Below are positions 1-11,800 of a stretch of DNA of 64,000 nt, piece after piece. The DNA comes from Penicillus capitatus (taxonomy: Eukaryota > Plantae > Chlorophyta). Both the position numbers and the translations under genes were made by a program. A model generated the notes under the pieces. It was given only the letters and a program-made list of their open reading frames with translations. It did no database searches and was not told the DNA's origin. The stretch is from positions 1-64,000 of the forward strand of contig OZ287717.1 of NCBI GenBank assembly GCA_965649825.1, in the 5' to 3' direction. Position 1 is the stretch's first letter. The number at the start of each line of letters is the position of its first letter.

Positions 1-328
1 GATGATTGGTGCACTGGTGTCTGACGTTGTTGACAGACCAACATCGGACGAACGATTCAGAGCACCATGGCAAGGTTGCCCTTGGAGAACAGCGGTAGGC
101 TTCCGTGGTCGTTAGCAGGATTGTTTGCTCAGTGCGTATGATGCGTCGCAGGTCGTCCATCTGGATGTCGATTCTCCCCGACTCCTTCATGGACTGTACT
201 CCCAAGAGCTAAACGGCTTGTGGGAACTGAAAGACATCGTTTGCAGCTCTGGTCGTTTCGAGCTCAACGACTACAATTCCTGGCTCCGTTGGCGCAACTC
301 GCGACTCTCTTTAGATCAGCGAATTTAA
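1..328 (+). CDS. 3' end of a GT31-family beta-1,3-galactosyltransferase, upstream tandem paralog (partial)
   Basis: Exon 2-94 (MIGALVSDVVDRPTSDERFRAPWQGCPWRTA), GT-AG intron 95-151, last exon VVHLDVDSPRLL...NSWLRWRNSR. It aligns with the C-terminus of the GT31 gene at 900-2613 (MTGLLMRDIVEHP.../VVHLDMDAPLML...NSWLAWRNSR) with the same intron position. Confidence 0.8.
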
Positions 329-899
329 TTTGAAACTCAAACACCCTCTTAAGACCACAATCAAATCCTTAGAATTTTAGCTACCCGTGTAAAGCAATAG
401 GTTGTCGATGTAAATAAGCAGGTGAACAAGTTCGGAATTGCTTGTTACCTTGTACCTGTACATAAAGAAGATCTTTAACACGGTGTTGAAAGATCTTCGG
501 TTTCGTCTTCATTAATCACCGCTGAAACTATACTCCCCATAAGATCGACTGGAAGATAGTAACAGCAGGTGTACCATGTCATAACCACTTTTTACTCATC
601 TGCAACGTGCGCAATCTATCGTGCTCCGTTGCTTGGGAACGACAGGAGGAACGTGAGCCTCACTGCCCTCTGTTGGTCGAGGTGGGAGACAGACGTAACC
701 TTCGATCTCCAAACACCGCGCCCAAAGCGTATGCAGCCTCGAGCCTGGCAGAGAAGAACGGACTGGCAATCGTTAGAAGAAGGACAGCGTGAGACTGTCG
801 AGTCTGCAGATACATCAGCTTTGAGGAACGTGCGAAGGAACGTTGTGCGTAAGCTTCAGATAGTAAGGGCTTCTGCTGTTTCGCTAAGTGCGGATACGG

Positions 900-2613
900 A
901 TGCCAGACAGAAAAAGAATTGGCATTGAGGGACGTGCACATCAGGACCACGGATGGAATCTCCGTCGACCATACTTGTTCTTGAATCTCTTTTCGATAGG
1001 CCTCTTCTGTGCTTCTTTGCTTCTCGTAACTTCTCGTACATGCGATCAGGTTTGTCTTCATGCTGAGCTTGATCAAATGTCCAACAGTTTGACGGAAACG
1101 ACTGTAGAGATCTGATACTGAATGTCACTGTCCGTGCCAGACGGAAGACAAAGGAGAACGTAATGCAGACAATGTTGTGAGAGAAGAACGCTTGAGAGAG
1201 GTGTCGAGTGGAAGGAGACATCGAGGACATGGTGAAGACAGTGGCATCAGGTACACTATCCGTGATCGGGCGACAGATGATGGAGAAGCAGCAGCAATGA
1301 CGCTGAAGAAGCCTGGCGAGGTATCAAGTACCGCAGTGTTTATCGATCATGTGGTTGCAGGTGTGCCAACCCGCATGTCAATGATACTTAATGAGACATG
1401 GAATGGCCATTCTTCAGGAAACAGAGTCGACTTCCGCAAAGCTCTACAGGCAAACTGCCAGTATGCTTCCGTCGAACATGTAAACTATGGAGAGATGGAA
1501 AGAAGAGAAGAAGCAGGTCGAGGATCTGCTGAAACAGAATGGTTTTCAAATGTGTTGTTATGTGTAGAGAAGGCAACTGATAACATCATCGCAGACACGG
1601 TTCGTCTGTTTATCGGCATTACCTCTGCCTGCTGCAGCGAAAAAAGCCGAAAGAGAAGGCAGATCATTCGCGAGACTTGGATGCAGGATGCCGTTACACA
1701 GGATAACGTGGAGATCAAGTTCTTTATTGGATATCCTGATCCATGTACGATAACCATACCAGGCCTTTCCAGTTGGTATTCCTGTGATTTTATGCCTAGC
1801 AGACGTGGACATGGCCTCCATGACACTGTTGGGAGATGAGATCAGTGAGTATGGAGACATTGTTGCCATTCGAGGTTCAGATGTGTACAACAACCTGACC
1901 AATAAGACGCTGGGAATCATGAAGTATATGCTTTCTGCGCCAGAAGGCTACACCCACTTGATGAAGACCGATGACGATGTTTACATAAGAGTTCGCAAAC
2001 TCGTCGAAACTCTGTCAGATGAATACGAGTCCCAGAACGGCGTCTACAGAGGACGCATGGAGATAACAGGCTTTGTACTGAGCAGAGATCCTGCTTCCAA
2101 GTGGCACTTCAGCTATGCTGAAATCAGCCAGCAGACAGAGAAAGAGCTTGATGGGACAGAGTATCTAGCAGGCTGGGGATATGTGTTGTCTCGTGATCTT
2201 GTTTTTCATGCGATGAAGAAGGTGTATGCATGGGATACGCATCAGCAACGCGCTCCGGCATGGCACAAGCGACTGAAAGGGTTAGAAGATGTGATGACAG
2301 GTCTGCTCATGAGAGATATCGTTGAGCATCCGCAGACAGATGCCCATTTCAAACCAGCACACATGCGTTGTACCAATTACACCATTGTATGCGTTCTCAA
2401 TTCTCTTATCTTCAGTTGTGATTCGGCTTACAGGTTGTTCACTTGGATATGGACGCGCCTTTGATGCTGAAAGCGCTTCATGAGATGGATCTGAACGGCG
2501 TTTGGGATAAGAAGACCATCACATGTCATTCCGGAGATTTCACTGAGGATGATCCAAACAGCTGGCTTGCTTGGCGTAATTCTCGGGTGGGCGATGGACA
2601 AAAAATCATTTGA
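900..2613 (+). CDS. GT31-family galactosyltransferase, type II membrane protein
   Basis: N-terminal TM anchor (PYLFLNLFSIGLFCASLLLV). Motifs LFIGITS..RRQIIRETW, D+Y.NLTNKT, LMKTDDDVYI, Y..GWGYVLSRDL, EDVMTG. Introns 1050-1140, 1745-1799 and 2387-2433 join the frames; stop TGA 2611-2613. Confidence 0.88.
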
Positions 2614-3543
2614 AATACAGTAAGGAGGCAAAAACAGCGAAAGAACAAGCCAGTACATAGCCCCAATAACGAGGTAGAGTCTCGTGGATACGATACGTGC
2701 ACGGGATATGTATAGATGACCTTACAATGACATGATTCTGCTCATCGCACATGTGGGCGAATAGAGTTTTTGAGTGCTCTGTGAAATGGACGTTCTCCTG
2801 AAGACTCTGGCGATGTCGTCAGAAATTGCCCGAGATCTCTAGCGGTGTGTTAAGCATTCTCTTGGAGACGACTGAGGCGTTCCACGCATGCAACAAACTG
2901 ACGGTAGATCTGCAATGGATTAGCTGACTGCTTCTTGTTACGAAGTTGTAACTTTTACAGATATTCACAGATAACACGGTGGTCTACGACCTTTTACGCT
3001 CACGATCGAGAACGCGATATCAGCAAGCAGCAAGAGAGTAGACAAGTAGACGCTTCTCCATGTCCTGAAGTTCCACGCGCAGAACACTCGGTTAGTGAGA
3101 TCGGCCGTTTCTCGAGTACACGTTTGTTCAGTCATTAGCCCTCGAAAACACTACTCCAATGCGAACCTCAAAGTGGCCAGAGAGTTAGCTGTGAGGTGAC
3201 AAAACTAAGCGGCGACGAGGAATCGTCATTTTTGACGATAGCATTCACTCTACGTGGGAAAGACACTTCTTCGAATACAATGGTTAAGCACATGTGTCTA
3301 ACAGATGGCCAAACATGTCGAGCAGAAAGCTCTCATGGCCGTTCAAGGCGTACACATAACGGTTGCTGTGTTAAGAAGTGTCCCGTCACTTTTTTTGAGA
3401 TATCCACGTCGGTTTCTTACAAAGGAGTTAACTTTGCACGAAGTCTGCTTCGAGGTTAGAGACCCTATGTTACCAGCGTCACCGAAGAAGCGCCTCCTGC
3501 TTACGCAGAAAGACAAAGAAAGAATCTCAAGCAAAGGATTGCT

Positions 3544-6500
3544 TCATGACACATGAGCCATCGCTCTCTTCAGTTCCTCGACGGAATCCCTGATCTGCTG
3601 GATCTCCTTCTTTACACGGTGTTCGCTTTCTGCCATTCTCTTCCTGTGATGATGGCAAAAGAGTGTCATCACACATGTCAATCTCATGTAGAGGACTTAC
3701 TCAACGACGTTCTCGAATGCTTTTATCTTTCCAGTCCATGTGTCAAGCTCTTGCGGCTTTTCCAGTGGTACCAAAGCGTGGAGATATGTCCCAATCTTAT
3801 TCCTGTTAGAACACAATGGCCATAGAACGTCACATCAAACGAGCTCTGTCCATACTCAAGCTCCTCGATTTCATCGTCTGACAGGCCAGCTTCAAAATCA
3901 TCAATGACGATTGCCTTCCCTTTCAAAAATTCTGCCTCCTCCTCACTGCGGACTCTGTCAAAACTGTCGCCCATGATACCAATAAGGAGATTCAACAACA
4001 TGATCATCATGATAAACATATACAAGACGAAGAAAGCTGTTGTAAACCAAGAAACAGATTTCGCCTCTCGAAAAACCTACAGCAGCAAATGATGACGGTG
4101 CAGGGAGGTCGGTAGGTGAAGGGTGATAATACATCGAGGTCGAAGTCTCCCAGAACGGCAACATAGGCCAACAGCATGGATGATCTCACTTCCCCAAAAT
4201 CATGCTCCAGCTCATCCGAATGGCGAAACATGACATTAAATGCCACTGCGAATCCAAACAGGATCATCAGCATCAGAACGAAGAAGATCAATATATCCAA
4301 CACGACTTCTCTGATGGCCAACACCAATGGACCAGAACTTCGAAATGCCTGAAGAAAATAGAGGATCTATAGACACAAAGCAGGGGTCACAGTCGACACT
4401 GAACGAGCAAGGAGGTACGCACCTTGAAGGAAAGAAGCAAACAGTCGATGGCCACACAGATACTGAGGACATGGTCAAATGTCCCGTAGTTGTTGACTGC
4501 CAAGATATGCATGACGGTTAATGGAAACATCAACCCATAGGAGATCATTTCCATCCAGTTCCACTGAGATTGCAGATAGTGGAGACGACCAGTGTTGACT
4601 TCATTAAAGGCAGCTTTGGAGTCTTTCATGTATCTTCTCAGTTGAGTGATTTCGCCTTTGATATTCCACAGACCGAGAACGACAGATATCAGCAATGGAA
4701 TCATAATGAGATATGCTTTTGTCTTTCCACAATTGCCGAGGTTTGTAATTCTTCCAAGCAAAACGGAATAAACGATGAAACAGACAAGGAGAACGAGATA
4801 TGCAATGAATTCATTGATGCACATCTTGCGTCCGTATGCTTCCCACTTGAATGCAATGGCCCAGCGCATGATGTGACATTTGAATACTTGAGATGGAGCC
4901 CTCAGCATGAGCAAGTGACGAATAATGCCGCGCATGCCGACTTGAGCAACATCTTTCACCAGCACGAACTTTCCTTCGGCGGTCACTTCTGCCAACCGTT
5001 TTCCATGGATCGTCTCAGCCTTCACATGATGTCCCATAGATTTCCATAGTTGCATCACCTTCGCAGCCGGTTTCGGATTCCAACTCATATCATTGTGGTC
5101 TGTCCCCACAAGATATGCATCCGTTTCGAAGATCTTTGCCGCGACAGGGGCTGTCCCAAGTGAGGCAATCAGCATGTCCGATTCCATCAGTTTCAAGAAA
5201 AGGGCTGGAAATGTCATGTAGAGAGTGGACAATGCACTTCGAATAATGGATGCTGTGGCATGGACAGTCGTGGCTTGATGGATAAGTCGAGTCAGGTGGT
5301 CCCACACGAGCTCAGAAGAACGCATATCGATGGCCCACTGCAAAACGTTCGTCCTTACAGTCTCTCCCGACTCGGCAGATTCTTCATTCCAGAACAGGTT
5401 AATCGGAATTCCTTCCTTCTTTCCGAGCTCATAGAATGCATCGATCCATGAAGACATGCGATTTGTCAACGAATGCTGAAACAGAGATTTGTTTTCAGAA
5501 TCTGGATGATTTAGTAACGGCCACGAAAAATCTGCAATCAGCCTAGAACGAAGAAAGATCTGGTGTTGTGCGTTCAGTGAATTGGCCTTGCCTGTTCACA
5601 GTATTGGGGTCTCTGGTTTTTCTGGTTACCTTGAGGCGGTGGTAGTCAGGAATGCTTCCTTCGATGGCGTATGGCGTCAACACAACGAGCACGTCGTAAA
5701 GGCTCGTTTCATCTCTCTTCGTTGGGAAGATGCTTCTCATGACGATGATGCGACCATCTCCGGAGACATCGAAGAGTGGTTCACTTCCTGATGTGTCTAG
5801 GTTATCAGGTATCCTTCTGCACTGTCTCTTTTCGTGCGTATCATAGATACTGAGACCTTTCTGTGGAGTACCGTCATTCCTATGCTCTGAAGCAACGACG
5901 AGCCATCTGGTGTCGCCAGAGAGCCACACGTAATTGTTAATGCCTTGCTTCAGATTTCTGATGTAGGGCATCAATTTTTTGCTCGTCGTTCCTGGCTTCA
6001 GGTATACACGTTTTTTGCGTTCTGAATCCCAGCCAATCAAGATCATGCTTCCATCAATGGACACTTCATACTCGTCTGTGTCGTCGAAGAAGAACTGGGC
6101 ACTGTCGTCTGATTCAGCAGCGACGATCTCACGGGCCCTTGGAATGCTAAGGTTGTAATTGACACTTTGGATGATCTCCTTCCGATGCAGATCGATGACC
6201 TGAGCGGTTTGTGTTCCAAGAACGACAGCCCGGTTTCGATCACCATTCAATTTGACTCCCAGGGACTGATTTACACTTAAGGGAATCCTGTCAACCAGTC
6301 TGTCGACAGTTGGATCGAACCAGCAAACACTGCCTTTGAACTGAAGACAAAAACAGACCAGCTGGTCAGGTCTGTCTGGCATGTTGACAAAGAAGATCCG
6401 ATTGAAGACGTCTTCGTGCGAACGCGAAACGATTTTGTAATGGCGGTCATCTTGGAAATGATGAAGTTGTATGGAAGGATCCCAAGTGGCCGATTGAACG

Positions 6501-8598
6501 TTGGCCACAGCAATGGTGTTATCGACGAAGATGTATGCGACAACGGCGCCATCACTGGATAGAGTGTAATCTTTTGGAATTCTTCTGAATCCAGATGCGG
6601 CAGACAGAAATCCTTGTGTTCCAGATTTTGGAAGGCCATGCTTGTTGACGTGCAGGAAAGCTGGTCCGAACCTTGTGCAGATGGACGAAACGTTGTTGGG
6701 CTTCGCTTCGCCACTCAACATCATGGTGGATCCGTCATCTGAGAGGCGGAGAGAGCTGTACGTCACATAGTTCTCTCCTGAGTTCTGTACGTGTTCCATC
6801 TGGAATCCTCTCTCTTTCTGGAGAAATGCCGGAACAAAGGCAATCATTTTGTCTTGGCCAATGAGCATCAGTTTGGTTCCTGAAGGATCGAATGCAATGG
6901 TTTTCAGTGTACTGATGGTGAGAGGATTTGGATCTCCGGGTCTCGGATTCATGAGATTGGCTGGCAGATCTAGTTTTGCCACGGGAATGGCACCATCACG
7001 AGACCACAGGAAACCACTGTTTCCTTCGCTGGAGTAGAAGGCGATCCATTTCTTGTCGGGAGAGATGCTCATCTTGATCAAACTTCTCTCGACGATCAAC
7101 TCATTGTGCCCCCAGTAAAAGCTCATCACCTCTGGAACATTCAAGTACTGTCGCTTTCCAACCAGCGTCGTTTTGTAAAGTGTGCCAGTGTCAAACTGCA
7201 GCAGGACTGCTTGTAGCTTAGAACTCCAGATGTGGATAATGATATTGGATTCGTCTGATTCTGCAAAGCAGATGGCAAGGACAGTTTCTTTGTTGTCACT
7301 ATTCTGAATCGGCGAAACTATTTCAACTTGGAAAATTGTGTCATTTTCTTCCATCTGAAGACGAATGTGAGGTCTCGTGGCAATCTGTTTTTTGTCTTGA
7401 ACGAGCGTCGTTGTCTTCCAGACACAGATATCCGCTTTGCCAGCCATGGAAGAGCCATTGGTCCATCCAATGACAAACTTCCCTCCCTCTCCCCAACTTC
7501 CCATTCGACAAGGAAGTTGTCGGCCTCTTGATTCAGTTCCATCAAAACGGATCGCGGGCCACACTTCCACAGATCTCTCCAGCTGAGCAGCCGTGGCGAC
7601 TTCAGGGTGACGAGGAGGCGCATAGACAACTAACAAGCTGCTGCCATTATCTGACAGACAATAACGACTGATAAGACTTCTTCCTTTGGCTGTCACGCAA
7701 GCGGACTCCACGACTCGGTTGATCTGTCTGCTAAGGAAGATAGACGAACTATTGACAAAGCTCTTTTGATCCGTTTTTGTGCTGATGGCTTGAGCGACGA
7801 CGATTCCATCTGCGGAGATTGTTGGTGCCCAGATGTTGGCCGAGGTCGAATCCGGATCCCTCGCCATACCGATCGCAAGATCCTTGTCCTCCACAAAACA
7901 GTGTTCTTGAATCTCGTAAACAGATGGAAGCACCCAGCAGAAGTCTCTCTCGTCGTTTAAAGAGAATTGCTCGCACTGTCCAAGGATATCACAGTAGACG
8001 ATATCACTCTCAGAGTCTGCCAGAAATTGAACACATCCCACAGATTGTCTGCTGGCCGTCCTGCGCTTTTTGACCAGATGGAAGTTGTCTGTTCCCCAGA
8101 CATGAATTCTTCCCTTGTTATCTCCAGCAACGAGCAGTTTTCCGTTCTTTGATAAAGCATGGCAGGTAAAGTTGCAAGGAATTGCTTTTTCACTCGATGT
8201 CTGAGCATCATCGTCTTTGTCCGGTTCCAAGACAAACGCAGGCACACCATTGATTAATTCGAACTCGTCCATGAAAGAGAGTGTCGTCTGCGCAATACGT
8301 CCTCCTACAAGGAAACCCAAGAATATTAAGTATGAGTCTCTCAAAATGGCAAACAAACAAGAGGTGCTCATTGTCGCGTGCATGAATATAACTTACTCTC
8401 TCCTCGCAATGCGTCTTGTGGATCAAACGATAAAACACTTCCGATATTTGCAGAGGACATCACGTGCGTCGGAGAAGTCGAAGTGGAGCCTCTCATTCTG
8501 CTCGGTCCTGCTCGACGCGCGGCAGCCGAATTTCCTTCATTGACTTGAAGGAGAGGAGCATGGATGCCGACGACATCGTCGTCCCCTTCGGTACGCAT
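3544..8598 (-). CDS. WD40/beta-propeller + ankyrin-like + TRP-type 6TM cation channel
   Basis: Beta-rich WD40-like N-terminus (ORF 5543-8383), then FKWEAY pre-S1, YLQSQWNWME (S2-S3), pore helix DFGEVRSSMLLAYVAVLGDFDL, S6 LLNLLIGIMGDSFDRV and a C-terminal coiled coil ending at TGA 3544-3546. Start codon uncertain (8598 or 8750). Confidence 0.8.
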
Positions 8599-8801
8599 TT
8601 ATGCAACGACGCGAGAAGACGCCCACAAGTCAGTAAGTCCGTTGGTCCTATAACCGTATCAACCAGAGGCGACAGGGAGTGCATGCCGATTTCATCGTAG
8701 ATTCTTGCTGACGATGAGTCAGTCCATTGATACTCGTGATTCGCAGACATGGTCGAGTCATCTTCCCTTTCTCTCGTTATCGTTGCTTCAACGATTTCCG
8801 C

Positions 8802-11800
8802 ATGTCTAGTGGAGGAGGACCCAGTCAACTGCCAAGCGGCGATTCAACGGACGTCCTTTTGAAGGACAGGGTTGTTGAAATTCTCGTCGATGCTTTGAAC
8901 CCCGGTGGACGAGTAGAGACTCTCAGGCGATTTGTGAACTACTACTTCGCTCACGAGAAAAAGAAAGAGAGTTTAGAGATAACTTCAGCGGAACTGACGT
9001 CTATCTACGATAAGGCCAAAATCTCGATTACTCAGAATGTCATTGCCAATCGACGACGCATCAAGAAGCTGTATTCCTCGAGAAATTTGAAAGACGAGAC
9101 AGAAATATGTGCGACGCATAGAGCGCATGGAAAACCACAAGGTACCCGTGGATGGGTAGATGGATGGCTTACGACATATCCTTCCGATGCGCATGTTGAT
9201 CTCCAACTGGATTCGCCTATGGTCGTGACACGAATGATGGTCTATGCTGTTAATGTGAAAGCCAGTCCAACCTCGATGGAACTCTACGCCAAAGATGAAG
9301 CAACAAACGAGTGGTCTCTCGTCAGAGGATTCAATCTTCGCCGCCGAGACTATGAAGGATCGCATGGCGTACACGAGTACAACAAATTTGAGATGTTCTA
9401 CGTGTTAGGGCATGCATCGAATCAACAAGAGTACAGCAAAGACAACTGGGAAGTGCATCCACTGAGTGGACCTGGAGAGACGACCGCAGGGAGTCCAGAT
9501 CATTATATGAGCTCCAAGTACTGGAGGTGGAGAATTGTTGATTCGAACGGCGCTGGATACGTCGGCATCAACAACTTTATTCTCTATGGTCGTGAACCAG
9601 GCATTCCTGCTCCGACGAATGTCCAGGCTGAAGCGTTTGAGACGGGGGCCAAGATCCGATGGGATACAGTGAGAGACAGCTCGAACATTTCCCTCTTCCA
9701 TGTGATAGCCCATCCTGGATCGATGACTCATCACTCAAATGGAAGCTTTTATGAATCGTGTGCCGGAACAGAATCTCGGTTTTTGTTTCCGGACCTCTGT
9801 CCTGGAAATTCCTACCAGTTTCAAGTTGTTGCTGTGGATGCGGAAGGCAACGAAGGCATACCATCCAAAGCATCCAATATCATCACTGTTGCTCAGCGGA
9901 CGCCACACAAAAAGGACACGTCTTTTCAACAAATCTCTTCCAGAGAGTTGGCTGATGATGCGGCAAAGCGCTCTCTTGGAGAATATCAATCACTCTACGG
10001 ACTAGGCACGACACTATTGCCTCAGTTACAACTCAAGATTGATGCTGTTGTGTATCTGTAGAGTACGAGTCGTTAGAGATTCCATCTGATGACACGGATT
10101 TCTTGGATTCTGATGTCGTCTTTCATCGACTTGTCTGTGGGAATTTTGCAGCTGCAGATAAGCTGTCGACTTCAAACAAGGTAACCCTTTATATCTCCGG
10201 AAGCTTGGAAGACACTCACGTTGAGCGCAAATACGTTAACCAGTATGTGATCCCAAAAATGGAACTGTGGTGCAATGCACACGGATACGATTTCTTTGGC
10301 GTGGATCTGCGCTGGGGAACAACATCTGAAATCACGGACGATCACAAGACCTATACCATTCATATGGAAGAGCTTCAAAAGGCCTATTCCAATTCTTCCA
10401 TCACTCTGTTCTACTTCATCAGCGGAGAGCGATATGGATCCGTCCTCTTGCCACCAGAGATCACTCAGGCGGACAGAGAAGCTATACGCGCGGAGCTTAA
10501 GGACTCTGTAAGATGGGTTCTGGATGCCACATACTACTTGGACGAGAATGGAGATCCTCCAGTGTATCGTTTGCAGAACATCTCGCAGATTGAGAATCTC
10601 GCTAAACACTCTTTCTGGGACAAGAAAGGTGTGAACCGTCTGAAGTATAGATGTTCAGCAAAGTTCTTTGCGTCCAGGTTGGAGAGGTATCCATTCTTTG
10701 CTGAAAGAGATTATGACGGTTATGCTGAAGTGCCAGTCTATCAGTGAAGAATTGAAGGCATGGCAGCCTTCCTTGGCTATGGCCGAATGCGACTATGCAC
10801 TGGAAGCCACTGCATCCAGTAGGTATTGGGAAGTATTGAATGCTGTCTATGGATTTCTCTCTCAGGCAGCCGGAACAAGTTTCTCTGTGCTCGGAGAACA
10901 TTGACGAATCTTTACCAAGCAATGGAATCGGAGAGAGATCTTCCTTTTGATCAACAGAAAGCCAAAGAAATGGGTTGCGTCGATGTTGTGGAACGTCGTG
11001 CCGTACATGATCTTCGAACCAAACTCGAAAGCGATCCAAACGTCATAACCTTCCCTTACAGTTTTGATTGGAAGAAAGATGGTATCGATATCAGTAGAGA
11101 GGATGCAGCCATGAAACAGCTTTGTTCCCGTCTCTGCAAAGTGCGTGGATATCTCCTTGACAATCCATACATATATCTTCAGTGTGGATTTCTTACTAGG
11201 ATGCTAAGAAGCTCATCAAGGAGGAATTTGATAAGAGACAAATCTTCAGCGAGGATGAACAGGAAATGGTACACCATGTAACATTTGTGAAGAAGCGTGC
11301 GGAATCGTTCTTTGGACGTGAGTCTCTCATCCGATCAGCCATGGCCACTATTGCTGCCACTGATGGGAAGATTACTGTTCTACACGGCGTCTCTGGAGCA
11401 GGCAAGACATCTCTATGTATGATTCCATGGATCTAGCTGCTTGTGTTTGTCAGGAAAGACATCGGTCATGTGCGTGTGTGCTATGAAAGCAAGACTCTAT
11501 CTACCCGTCGATGCCGTTGTCATTGTCCGGCTTTGTGGCACGTCGCCCCAATCCTCATCAGCAAAGGGAATTCTGAAATCGCTCTGCCTTCAGATAAACA
11601 AAGCCACACATGCAGAGGTCGTATCTGTCACGATCTTGTAAGAACTGACTTGATGCGAGTGCAGGATGCAACGATCCCAGATGCCTTTGACGAGTTGGTC
11701 GAGCATTTCCATGAATTATTAGAGACCACTGCTGAGACAGTCCCACTTGCTATTTTCATCGACAGTCTCGATCAGCTGTCCGATGAAGATGCAGGTCGAA

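Noticed and set aside
569-1230. Minus-strand and alternative ORFs overlapping the GT31 5' region
   Set aside because: Shadow ORFs of the spliced plus-strand gene; no motifs.
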